Assembly: GCA_036867785.1 (NCBI GenBank)
Contig: CP145420.1
Coordinates: 1,054,001 to 1,118,000, forward strand
Direction: 5' to 3'
DNA length: 64,000 nucleotides
Source: Plasmodiophora brassicae
Lineage: Eukaryota
Within the stretch, counting starts at the first letter, position 1, and each line of letters begins with the position of its first letter. This document shows, one piece after another, positions 45,727 to 55,593 of this stretch. The position numbers were made by a program, and so were the translations under genes. The notes under the pieces were generated by a model. That model was not told where the DNA came from. It saw nothing but the letters and a program-made list of their open reading frames with translations, and did not search any database.

Positions 45727-47210
45727 TTATAGGACGATGGGATTCCGATGGGACCCGCCGTCGCGGTCGACGTCGATCTGGTTTGCCATGGCGCTGACGA
45801 TCACGTCGGCCAGGCGTCGTCGTCGCTCGCTTGGGAAGCCGCCGGGTTTATCCGCCGTGTACATCCTGAAATCCACCGACACGTACGACAGCCCTGCGTC
45901 GAGCGCGACGTTCTCGAACAGCCTGGTCTCGAAAGCGTAATCTGCCAGCGAACCGGGTCAGGGTAATGCGCGCGTGCGTCTCGTCGCTGGGTGATAGGCG
46001 ATGGACCTGTTCGCAGCTCCACCAGGGCGGCGCCATCGCGCGCGTAAAGCGCGTTGACGAGCCCTGCCCCGTGTGTTCCCAGGACGCAGGAGGCGTCCTG
46101 CATGATCTCCAGCAGGCCGACGATGTCGTCGAACTGGTCGCCGCCGCTGATGACGGTGACGTCGAGGTGCCTCGCCTGCAGGTCTCCGACGAACGCCTCG
46201 AAGTCGGCCTGCGCCATGGCCCGGCCGCCGCCTCCGGTCCTGTGGAAGAACACGACACGGTTCGAGCGGTCCGCTGGCCGCTTCGGACGATACAACTGAC
46301 GAACGTAGCGCTGCCACCTGTGGGCGAATTCGTACCAGTACGGGGCGGGCGCCAGCGCGTCGATCTCGAACCAGGACCGGTAGAACGGCTGCGGGCCGTA
46401 TCCCCAGACGAGGTGGTCGAGGCAGACGGTCCGCTGGTCCCTGGGCATCCCCCGAATCGTGCCGAACATGCGCGCCTTGGTGTCGTGCAGGACGGCCAGC
46501 TCGGGCCGGTCAGACGGGATCTCGAACAGCGTGCAATTCGGCAGCAGCGGCACGACGCCGAGGCGGTCGGCCTGCCAGAACAGGGGCAGCAGGTTGTCGT
46601 TGTGCGCGTGGAACGCGTTGTTGGCCACCCAGACGCTCGACAGGAACGACGTGCCGCGCACGTGTTCGTCGCAGAACGACGGCGGGTCCCAGGGGCGCGC
46701 GTCCGCATGGAACCGCTGCTGGAGGTCGACAATGCCGCCGTTCAGGAAGGCTCGGTACCTGGGCGATTGCGCTGGTCGATTAGCGCCGCCGGGCGCCTGG
46801 CCACACCGCCCGCTGTCACCGACTTGTACGCCTGCGGCTCGATGTCGCGGACGATCGTGCTGTTCGCCTGGCCGAAGAAGACGATGTGGCCCCGGTGGAA
46901 GGCTACGCGTCTGAATTCGAACCACTGAGGGGCGCTCTCCAGGCAGTAGGCGTCGCCGGCACAGTCGCCTGCGTGCATGGCCTGGATGGCGGGCGCCTCT
47001 GACGGCGCCACCACCGGTCTACAGGACGCCGCCAGGGGAACGTCGGCAACCGCGGGTACAGGACGACGGCAACGCTGCGCCGACGTACCTCGTCAGCGGC
47101 GGCGGATCGCGTACCAGGCGGGTAATGACGCGCGATTGCATGACCAGCGACGCGATTGATATAGCGAGGACGACTACAAGGCCCCAGGTGATCGACGACC
47201 TCGGCACCAT
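45727..47210 (-). CDS. glycosyltransferase family 61 (DUF563), type II membrane
   Basis: N-terminal TM; NAFHAHND, VVFFHR, ASCVLGTHGAGLVNALY..AALVEL; last exon LFENVA..GLSY. About 3 introns. Confidence 0.82.
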
Positions 47211-47503
47211 CGTCGAGAGCAACTGTAGATCGTGGTGTACCCTGCACTAGTCTACCGTATTGTACAGAATGTCGTATGTACCCGTCAGGATGTTGTACGC
47301 GGGCTTTTGACCCACCACGGAATGCGTGAAATTGCCGACGCGGACCGCCAATGGCCGCCACCCATTTGCTTGTCGTCATGATTGTGAGCAAAGTGAGGCG
47401 CCATCATGCGTGCCCCAACACGCGTTGGCATTGTCTTCATTGATATTATTTGCGGGGCGTTTCGCGGGCGCAGTTGGCGTTTAGTTACGGTAAAGCGCGC
47501 TCC

Positions 47504-47853
47504 ACGATATTACGGGGGCACTGCGCGGCCAGAGACCGACTGACTCTCCCCTGGGCGGATGGTGTCTCCAACAGCCTCCATTACGCTTGAGGCAGTGCTG
47601 ACCATTTCATTAAGCTGTTCCAGCTGCACGGGGTGGAGATGAATGGCCGATTGCAAGGTCTCAGCCGACTGTTTGACTAGATCAAGCCAGCTCCACCCCA
47701 TCCAGCTGGATAAGCCTAATGGAACGGTCAGCACTGCCCCAAGCGTAATGGGGGCTGTTGAAGACAGGATACGACCGCCAGTGATGGGAATGACAAGCGG
47801 TCGAGTCCGGTAACGGGGTTATATCGTCCTACCGACGGGAACCCGCAGGCAGG
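47504..47853 (-). ncRNA. candidate structured RNA / fold-back element (unclassified)
   Basis: 76-nt inverted arms at 47563-47638 and 47691-47766 (66/76 complementary, no indels), plus outer and apical helices. Mismatches favour G-U pairs on the minus strand. Confidence 0.5.
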
Positions 47854-48019
47854 CCGGCGCCACTAGACAACGACCGACCCGGGTCTGCTGAATCGCCGCT
47901 CCACGCGCGGCACACGGTCCAGATCAGACGGCGCGACCATCACCACGAACCGAGGGGACGGGCACTGCACGGCGGTACTGTGTATATATACAACGCGCGC
48001 GTGCACGAGGTCGCCACCC

Positions 48020-48655
48020 CTACGTCTTCACGAGTTTCATGCCGAACATGGCGTTGGCGTAGCTGTAGACGATGCTGCACAGGGTCGTGCCGCTGGGCTG
48101 GCTGCCGATCGTCGGCAGGCCGCGCCCGCTGCTGATGCGTTCCGGGAGCCACCGGGCGCTGACGCTGGAATGCCGATACGAGACGCCCGTATCGGGCAGC
48201 CGGGTCGGTGGGCCCAGGTCCGGCTCGGGGCACTCGGCGAAGCTGTCGGGGCGCAGCACGGCGTAGGCGATGACAACGGACCCGGCTTCCATCAGGATCC
48301 GGTCCTGGTCCTCGGGCGACGGGATGGCGCCGTCCCGCCGCGACGGCGCCAGGATATGGACGACGGGGTCGGGCGCGATCGGATCGCCCTCGGGCGCGCT
48401 GCCCTTGTCATCGTGCAGCGAGCACGCCGACACGTACTCGCTGTGCGGCCCGCTGCCCTGCATCAGGATGACATTGTAGAACGCCTCGGTGTGCACCTTG
48501 CCCTTCTTGTCGACGGACGCCCCGGACCGGCGGATGCGCCGCATGAACTCCTTCGACAGCGGCGTGAAGCACCCGGTCGGCCGCGTCACGTCCGGCCCCG
48601 GCGCTGCTGCCGTCCGCGCCCACCTCCTACACACGGCCTGCGACACGCGATACAT
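48020..48655 (-). CDS. hypothetical protein, possible mitochondrial presequence
   Basis: ATG 48655 (MYRVSQAVCRRWARTAAA) followed by an open, GC3-rich frame to 48020. Confidence 0.55.
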   Translation of the reverse strand: MYRVSQAVCRRWARTAAAPGPDVTRPTGCFTPLSKEFMRRIRRSGASVDKKGKVHTEAFYNVILMQGSGPHSEYVSACSLHDDKGSAPEGDPIAPDPVVHILAPSRRDGAIPSPEDQDRILMEAGSVVIAYAVLRPDSFAECPEPDLGPPTRLPDTGVSYRHSSVSARWLPERISSGRGLPTIGSQPSGTTLCSIVYSYANAMFGMKLVKT

Positions 48656-48994
48656 GGCAGGCAGGCCGTCGGTCGCGATTCGCACAACGATCGCTCGGAC
48701 CGCTCGCGGACGCGCAGGTCTACCAATGTAGAGGTGCGCACGCACGCCGCACCCTGCGCGCCGCTGCCCTACATGCGTACAGGTAGGTTGTCCATGCCCG
48801 GACGGGCCTTGCGGGTCCCGCCCACGTTGCTCTGCTGCGATTCCTGGCCTGGGACGGGTGCGCTCCCCGGGTGGTGCTCCCCGGGTGCGGCGTGACTTAC
48901 GTTGCACGGGCGTCGGATCCAGCCGTTGTCGGAGCCCGGCCCCGTCGTATCGGACTGGGCAACCGGTACGGGCAAGGGTAGTCAGTGGCCGGCG

Positions 48995-49807
48995 ATGAGC
49001 GACGACGACGTCGACGAGCGCCTGGGCCGTGCCATCGCGGTGCTGCGCGTGGTGGTCGGGGACCTGCAGGCCGCCCGGGAGCGCAACCGGCGCCTGGAGC
49101 GGGACAACCGGGCGCTGAAGGCGTCGTGGCATGCGCGGCGGGACCGGGCCGCTGTGCTGATCCAGCGGCGGTTCCGACGGTGGCGCCGGGCCCGCCTCGA
49201 AGAAGACCGACGGTACGATGCGATCGTCCGGCGTCTGGACCCGGAGGACCCCCGGCGCCGTCTGCTCCTCGACCTGGAGCGCCCGCTCTCCGATCGCCCC
49301 GTCGACTTCCGCCGCCGCCCATCGTCGGTCCCGTCCGACGACGAGGTCCTGCGCGCGGCTGTGTCGTCGGACAGCGCGTCGTCGTCACCGCGAACGTCGA
49401 AACTGTTCATCCCGGTGCCGCTCTGCGGGACGATGTCGACCCGGTACCTGTCGCCGAGGCCGCTGGCCCTGGATCACGACGCGGAGGACACGTCCACGCC
49501 GACGTCGTCCGTTCGGCACCCGTCCGTCTCGGACGCGTCCTCGCTGGGCATCTCCCGGTCGTCGTCCGTATCGTCGCCCGTCGCCAGTCGGTGGGAGGCG
49601 GCGATCACCCCGATCAAGGACGACGCCCTGGACGCGGCGTCGCCCAGCGGGTCCAAGTTGCATCGCTGGTGGCCGGACATCACGGACGACGGCGCCGGCG
49701 GCAACGATGGGGCCGGCAAACCAGGGCCAGGCAGCCTGCAGGCGCTGCTCGACACGATCAGGAATACGACAACGCGCCGGGCGCCGCTCCTGGCGACCCC
49801 GCTCTAA
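48995..49807 (+). CDS. coiled-coil + IQ-motif protein
   Basis: Coiled coil, then AAVLIQRRFRRWRRAR (IQ), then a Ser-rich tail. Confidence 0.7.
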   Translation: MSDDDVDERLGRAIAVLRVVVGDLQAARERNRRLERDNRALKASWHARRDRAAVLIQRRFRRWRRARLEEDRRYDAIVRRLDPEDPRRRLLLDLERPLSDRPVDFRRRPSSVPSDDEVLRAAVSSDSASSSPRTSKLFIPVPLCGTMSTRYLSPRPLALDHDAEDTSTPTSSVRHPSVSDASSLGISRSSSVSSPVASRWEAAITPIKDDALDAASPSGSKLHRWWPDITDDGAGGNDGAGKPGPGSLQALLDTIRNTTTRRAPLLATPL

Positions 49808-49877
49808 ATACAGGGGCGGCAGGCGTGCCTCGCCCTCGTCCGACAGTACACGTCATCGCCCCCGTCGATAGTCTAAA

Positions 49878-52035
49878 ATGGTCGACGGCCGCATCGATGG
49901 CGTCCGCCTCGCCCTGCTCGTCGTCGTCGTCGTCGTCAGTGTCGCTCGACCCGTGGGCGCCGTCCTGCTGCGCTCCAGCGATGGCGTTGTGCACCGGGTG
50001 GACAGTGCGGTCGCCATCGCCCACTGCGACCTGCTGGGCGCCCTGGTCGGCGCGGGCGACGACGACGTCGTCGTCCACCTGCCCACCGTCGACAATACCG
50101 AGTTACAGCTGATCGTGGAGTTCCTCACCGACGTCGACGAGGCCTGCTGCGGCGACCGGGTGGGTGTTTGTGCCCCCTGGCGCTTGCGACGAACGATGCA
50201 CTGACTCGATGGAACGACAGGTCGACCGGGCCGCCCGGTGGGCCCACCAGCACCGCCTGCTCGGACAGGCGAGCGACGAGCACACGCAGCGACGCCTGCT
50301 GTCGGCGGCACACTACCTCGGCATGCAGGCGCTCGTCGCCGCGATCGTATCGACGCGGGCCAACTGGGCGGCCGCCTCCGAGTCCTGGCACGTGCAACGC
50401 CAGGTGATGCGAGCGAACGTCCCCGGGATCATGACGCGGCTCGCCCGGGCCGCCGCCGGCGAACGTCAGCGCGCGGTCGTCAAGCGGGTCTACGACGTCG
50501 TCGCGGGGGCGACCGGGGACGCGTCACCCGTCGACGTCAACGACGCCGAGTGGTTCCAGGGCGGCACCGTCCTGCACTGGGCCGCCTGGCACGGCGAGGA
50601 GTCGATCGTCGCCCTGCTGCTCGACGTCGCCGGCGTCGACGTGGACGCGCGCAGCCAGCTGGAGCGCGAGACGCCCCTGCACTGGGCCGCCCTGACGCCG
50701 CATCGCTCGCCGGGCGTCGTCGACCTGCTGCTCGCCGCGCCCGGCGTCGACGTGAACGCGCGCAACGACCGCAACGAGACGCCCCTGCACCTGGCCGCCC
50801 GGCATGGGCGCGACGACGTCGTCCGGGTGCTGCTGGCCAGCGACCGGGTCGACGTGAACGCGCGCGACGCCCACCTGATGACCGCCCTGCACTGGGCCGT
50901 CACGCACGGCAGCGACGCCGTCGTCGACCTGCTGCTGGGCGTGCCCGACGTCGACGTGAACGCGCGCGACGGCCGCACCCGCACGCCCCTGCACGACGCC
51001 ATGCGCCTGGGGCGGCACGGCGTCGTGCAGCGCCTGCTGGACGCGCCCGGCATCGCCGTCGACCAGCACGGCGCCGACCTCGGCACGACCCCGCTGCACT
51101 GGGCCGTCGCCCACGCCGACGACCGCGTCGTCGCCGCCCTGCTGGCGCGGGCACGAGGCGATGTCGTCGTCAGCGCGCGCGACCGCACCGCCAGGACGCC
51201 GCTGCACGTCGCCGTGCGGCTCCGGCGCGATCGCGTCGTCCAGATGCTGCTCGAGGCGCGTCGTCGTCGCCCTGCGCTGGGCGGCGGCGGCGGCGGCTGC
51301 CTGGGCCTGGGCGGGTTCGACGACGACGACGACGACGACGCGGACGTCGACGTCAACGCGCTGGACGACGACGGCCTGGCGCCGCTGCACTGGGCCGTCC
51401 TGGACGGCACCGACGCCGCCGTCGCGCTGCTGCTGGCGGCGCCCGGCATCGACGTGAACGCGCGCGACGGGCGGCAACGCGCGACGCCGCTGCACTACGC
51501 GGCGTCGGGCGGGCGCGCCCGGGCCACCCGCCTGCTGCTGGCGGCGGTCGGCGTCGACGCCCGGGCGCGCACCCGCGACGGCAGCACGCCGCTGCACGAG
51601 GCGGCCGCCGCCGGCTGCCCCCACGTCGTCCGGCTGCTGCTGCTGGCGGCGGTGGCCCGCGGCGTCGACGTGAACGCGCGCGACGACGACGACCGGCGCA
51701 CGCCGCTGCACGTGGCCGTGCAGCACGGCCACGCCGACGTCGTCGTCGTGCTGCTGGCGGCGGCCGCGGCACCCGGCGGCGGCGTCAACGTGAACGCGCG
51801 CGACCGCTGCGGGCGAACGCCGCTGGATTGGGCGGCGGCCGGCCGCCGCGCCGCCATCGTCCAGGCGCTCGTGCTGGCGCCCGGGATCGTCGTCAACGCC
51901 GCCGTGAGGACGGGGCGTCGACGACATCGCTGCTGCACTCGGACGTCGCCGTCGTTGGAGGCGATCGCGTGTTGTGGAACGCCGCGCGATCGTCCAGGTC
52001 GTCAGGGCAGCGAGTCGGCGCCGCGATTCGACTGA
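49878..52035 (+). CDS. secreted SKP1/BTB-like + ankyrin-repeat protein (copy 4)
   Basis: LALLVVVVVVSVARPVGA signal, then VLLRSSDGVVHRVDSAVAIAHC, an intron at 50160-50220, and about 12 ankyrin repeats interrupted by a poly-G/poly-D insert. Confidence 0.88.
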
Positions 52036-52303
52036 TCGACGACGAGCGTTGCATTATAAACCGGGGTCAGCCGGGGGTGCCGGCGGTGACGTCGTGGCCG
52101 CCCATCTGCACGTCGCTCCGCGTGTTGATCGACGATAGCGTTCTGCAGGGCGGCTATAATGCAGGGTTCACGCGAAGGAGCGCAGACACGTCGCCGCGCT
52201 CGTCTGATCGGCGCCGGAAATGGGATCGTGCTGTACGTGGCGGCGTCCGAGGAGGCAGGCCCGCATTCTGCAGAGGTTTTCGCCGTCTATACGTCGTCGC
52301 GAC

Positions 52304-53514
52304 ATGGACCGCGCTCGCCTCGCGTCACCGTTCGCGCTTATCGTGGTCGTCGTTCTGGCCGGTGCTCGGACGGACGCTGTCGCGCTCCGGTCCAGCGATG
52401 GCGTCGTGCACCATGTGGCCACGTCCGATGCTGTCGCCCAGTCCGGACTGCTGAACAGGTTGCTCGGCGTGATCGGCGAGGACGACCTGGTCCCCTTGTC
52501 GGCGGTCGGTAATTCCGAGCTGCGCCTGATCGTCGAGTTCGTCAACGCGACGGCCAGGCATGATCAGGTAGGGCGGGCGTGACGTGACGTACGATCTGAT
52601 CCGCCGATCGACAATCACTGACGTCTGGACAGAGCGACTTCGCCGCCGCCGCCGCCCGATGGGTCCGTCGTCGGCTTTCAGGGGCAGGACCCGACGCGCA
52701 ATGCCGATTCCTGACAGCGGCCGATTACCTCGACATGCGTTCGCTGATGGTGGCCATCGCGTCCACGAAGCGCACCTGGGGTGATGTCGTCGCGATGCGC
52801 GAGGAGATGCTGTCGCCGAATGCGCATCGTTTCGTCGTGGACAACGCCCCGGGCGTCGTCCGGCTCGGCCAGGTCGCGTCCACGAACAGCCAGCAGGAGC
52901 TGGTCGAGCGGATTCGACATCACCTCGCCGCCGGCGACGGCGGTGGCGACATCGCCTTCGTCAACAGTGTACGATGGAATCGCCTCGGGAACGTTCTGCA
53001 TTGGGCCGCCTCGCAAGGCGAGGATCTGATTGCTGAGTTGCTGTTAAGCGCGCCCGACATCGACGTCAACGCGCGATGCACCAAGTCTTTCGGCACGCCG
53101 GTGTCCGGCAACACATTCCTGCACCTGGCGGCGAAGTCGGGACATGCTAACGTCGTGCGCCTACTGCTGAAGGTCCCCGGTATCGACGTCAATACTCGCG
53201 ACGGCTCGGGGATGACCGCCCTGCACTGGGCAGTGGTGAACGCAAGCCGTCGTGTCGTTGCCCTGTTGCTGGAGGCACCTGGCATCGATGTTAACGCCCG
53301 CGAGCTCCGGTTCCGATGGACGCCGCTGCACTGGGCCTGCGAACTTGGCCTCGTTCCCATCGTCGGGTTGCTGCTGAACGCCCCTGACATCGATGTCAAC
53401 CTTGCCGATTGTCAGACCATGCTGTATGCATCATGGTCTGGGCATAACGGCATTGTCGAACTGCTGCAGAACGCGACGACGTCCTGCACGACGCCGGAAC
53501 CATACCATTCGTAG
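52304..53514 (+). CDS. secreted SKP1/BTB-like + ankyrin-repeat protein (copy 5)
   Basis: FALIVVVVLAGARTDA signal, then VALRSSDGVVHHV..AVAQSGLL, an intron at 52568-52632, and about 5 ankyrin repeats. Confidence 0.87.
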
Positions 53515-53852
53515 ATGGGAAGACGGCCCGTCAGCAGGCGCCACCAACACGAGTAGCTGCTAGCGGGTGATGATGATGATTGTGAATGAATCAGCAGGGC
53601 TCAGCAACCCATTCGTCATGTCGCTCCTGGCTCTGAATGTTGTATCAGGAGCGTCGGCAGCGCGGGTGCGATGTTCGTCATTGCCCTGCAGGGCAACTGC
53701 ACTACCCGCAAGTTCTATTTGTAGCCGCCGGGTGCAGGTCCTGGCGTTATGGGTCCCGCCGCTCCCGGGCCGAGCTCGCCCTCGGGGGCGCTTCGTACAA
53801 TAGCAAAGTATGGTGTACGTGTAGGTAGAAGACGCATTCAGTGTCTGGTTGG

Positions 53853-55236
53853 TTACTGCGTCGCTATGCTGCTGGCACGACGCTCGCGCTGCTTCGACTC
53901 GATCTTGAGAGCGGTGGCCCGCGCGAAGAACTGCTGCCGAGCCAGCATCCGTACCCGCTTCAGGTACGCGGTGATGTCAATGAGGCCATCCTGATGGCAA
54001 CCCCCGGTCAGTACACCTTGCGGAGGGCGACCAATGAAATCGCCCGGCCGGGTGACATGCCTGCAACGCAGCGTCCAGGCAGTAGAGCGTGTCATCAAGG
54101 GCAAAGTCCTGCGCGACGACGTCGAACATCTGCCGGGACCAGACGTCCGCCGGCGACACCTTCTCCTCGACCGATGCAATCTGCGGAACATGCAGACGTT
54201 CAGGCACACACACGCCGTCGGGGACGATAACGGCCACAGGACGCGAATACCTGCTCGTCCAGTGTCGGAGGTATAGCCGGCGTGTTCGCCGCACACCATG
54301 CCTCAATGGCAGACGTTTCCGCTTGGAGCTTCTCCAGATGTTCAGACAGGGCGGCCCTGCAGGCGGACCCGCGTTAGACGACCTTCACGGTCTGCCCGGT
54401 GGGGTGACTCACTTTGTTGTTCTCAGCGCCGCGACGTGGTCGCGAATGGCAACCTCGCCCTGCTTCTGCTCGAACTGGTGCGCCATCAGCTTATCGATCC
54501 ACTTCGCCGAACGTGCCGAGAACGTTGACAGGTAACTGTGCACAACCACATCTAACTGCGTCACACACGTCAGCGGCCGACGGACGCCAGCGAAACCCAG
54601 AACGAACCTTTGCCAACAACGCCGATCGTTCGTCGGTGGGCGATGCAGCAGCAGCAGCAGCAGATCGAACTGGTTGCTGGACGTGCATCTGTGGGGCGGC
54701 TACCACGACAATCGTCAGAAGATGCAAACGGAACGGAACATGTGGAGTCAGGGTGCAGTACGTCTCGGCTGGGGCGACGGCTGCGGCTGGTTCGGGTTGT
54801 ACCGGTAGACGGGCGGATCGTTGCTGAACACGATGCTGAGCTGCGAAGTGAGCTCGACGAGCGTCGACTGCGCCCGGTTCCACATGTGCAGGTATTCGAT
54901 GTAGACGTGGCCCTGCATGTCGACGGCGCCATGGTTCGGCTTGATGCGCATCTCAGCGGTCGGCGTCACGTAGACCATGGGCGGTTGGGCCGGGTACAAT
55001 TCCGGCAGCCAGATGCTCACCGGGATGTGGTACTTGCCGCCGCGGTACTCGATCGGGACCGTGCCGCGCAGGCACAGCAGGTGCACGACCTGGCCGTCGT
55101 TCGAGACGAACGTGTCGAGGAGGGGCGACAGGCCCCGGTTGCAGGTCAGGCAGTGCGTCACCTGGCGATCGACCACGTCCGGCTGACGGTACCGAACCTG
55201 CGACAGCAGACGCGCGACTTGCCCCGGCGACGCCAT
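53853..55236 (-). CDS. TSG101: ESCRT-I subunit Vps23/TSG101
   Basis: UEV domain (LRGTVPIEYRG..YHIPVSIWLP..YP..PP..YVTPT), Pro/Gln-rich linker, and steadiness box (DDTLYCL..; YLKRVRMLARQQFF). Confidence 0.92.
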
Positions 55237-55593
55237 CGACGGATCGCCGTCGTCACGGCCAAATCGGACAGCGGGCCGCGAATAGCAACCCGTCTGCGTG
55301 CGGTGCCGCACTCGGACTCGGAGGCCCTCAGGCCCATCGGCGCGCACGCTGGTTGCAGCGTCACTGCTGCAGTCTCGCGCGGGATGCAGCTCACGGTAGG
55401 TGTGCAGCCACCGGATGCAGCTCGCACTGGGCGCAACCCTGGTGGTCGACGTGCAGTTGTAGCTCCCCACTGGGCGCACATTTGTGTCGTGCGGCCCGCG
55501 CGCGCTGCAGGCGCATGGGCCGTCGACGTCTCACGCGAATCTGTCCCGTTGTGACGGGCGGCCCTGCCAGTGTGCCGTGTCGGTCCGTCTCGC

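Noticed and set aside
47510-47734. 74-aa minus-strand ORF
   Set aside because: No ATG start or recognisable protein features; it lies within the inverted repeat, which explains the region better.
53567-53637. C/D-box snoRNA (GTGATGA...CTGA)
   Set aside because: The C-box match is part of a (TGA)n run, there is no terminal stem, and I could not identify an rRNA-complementary guide.
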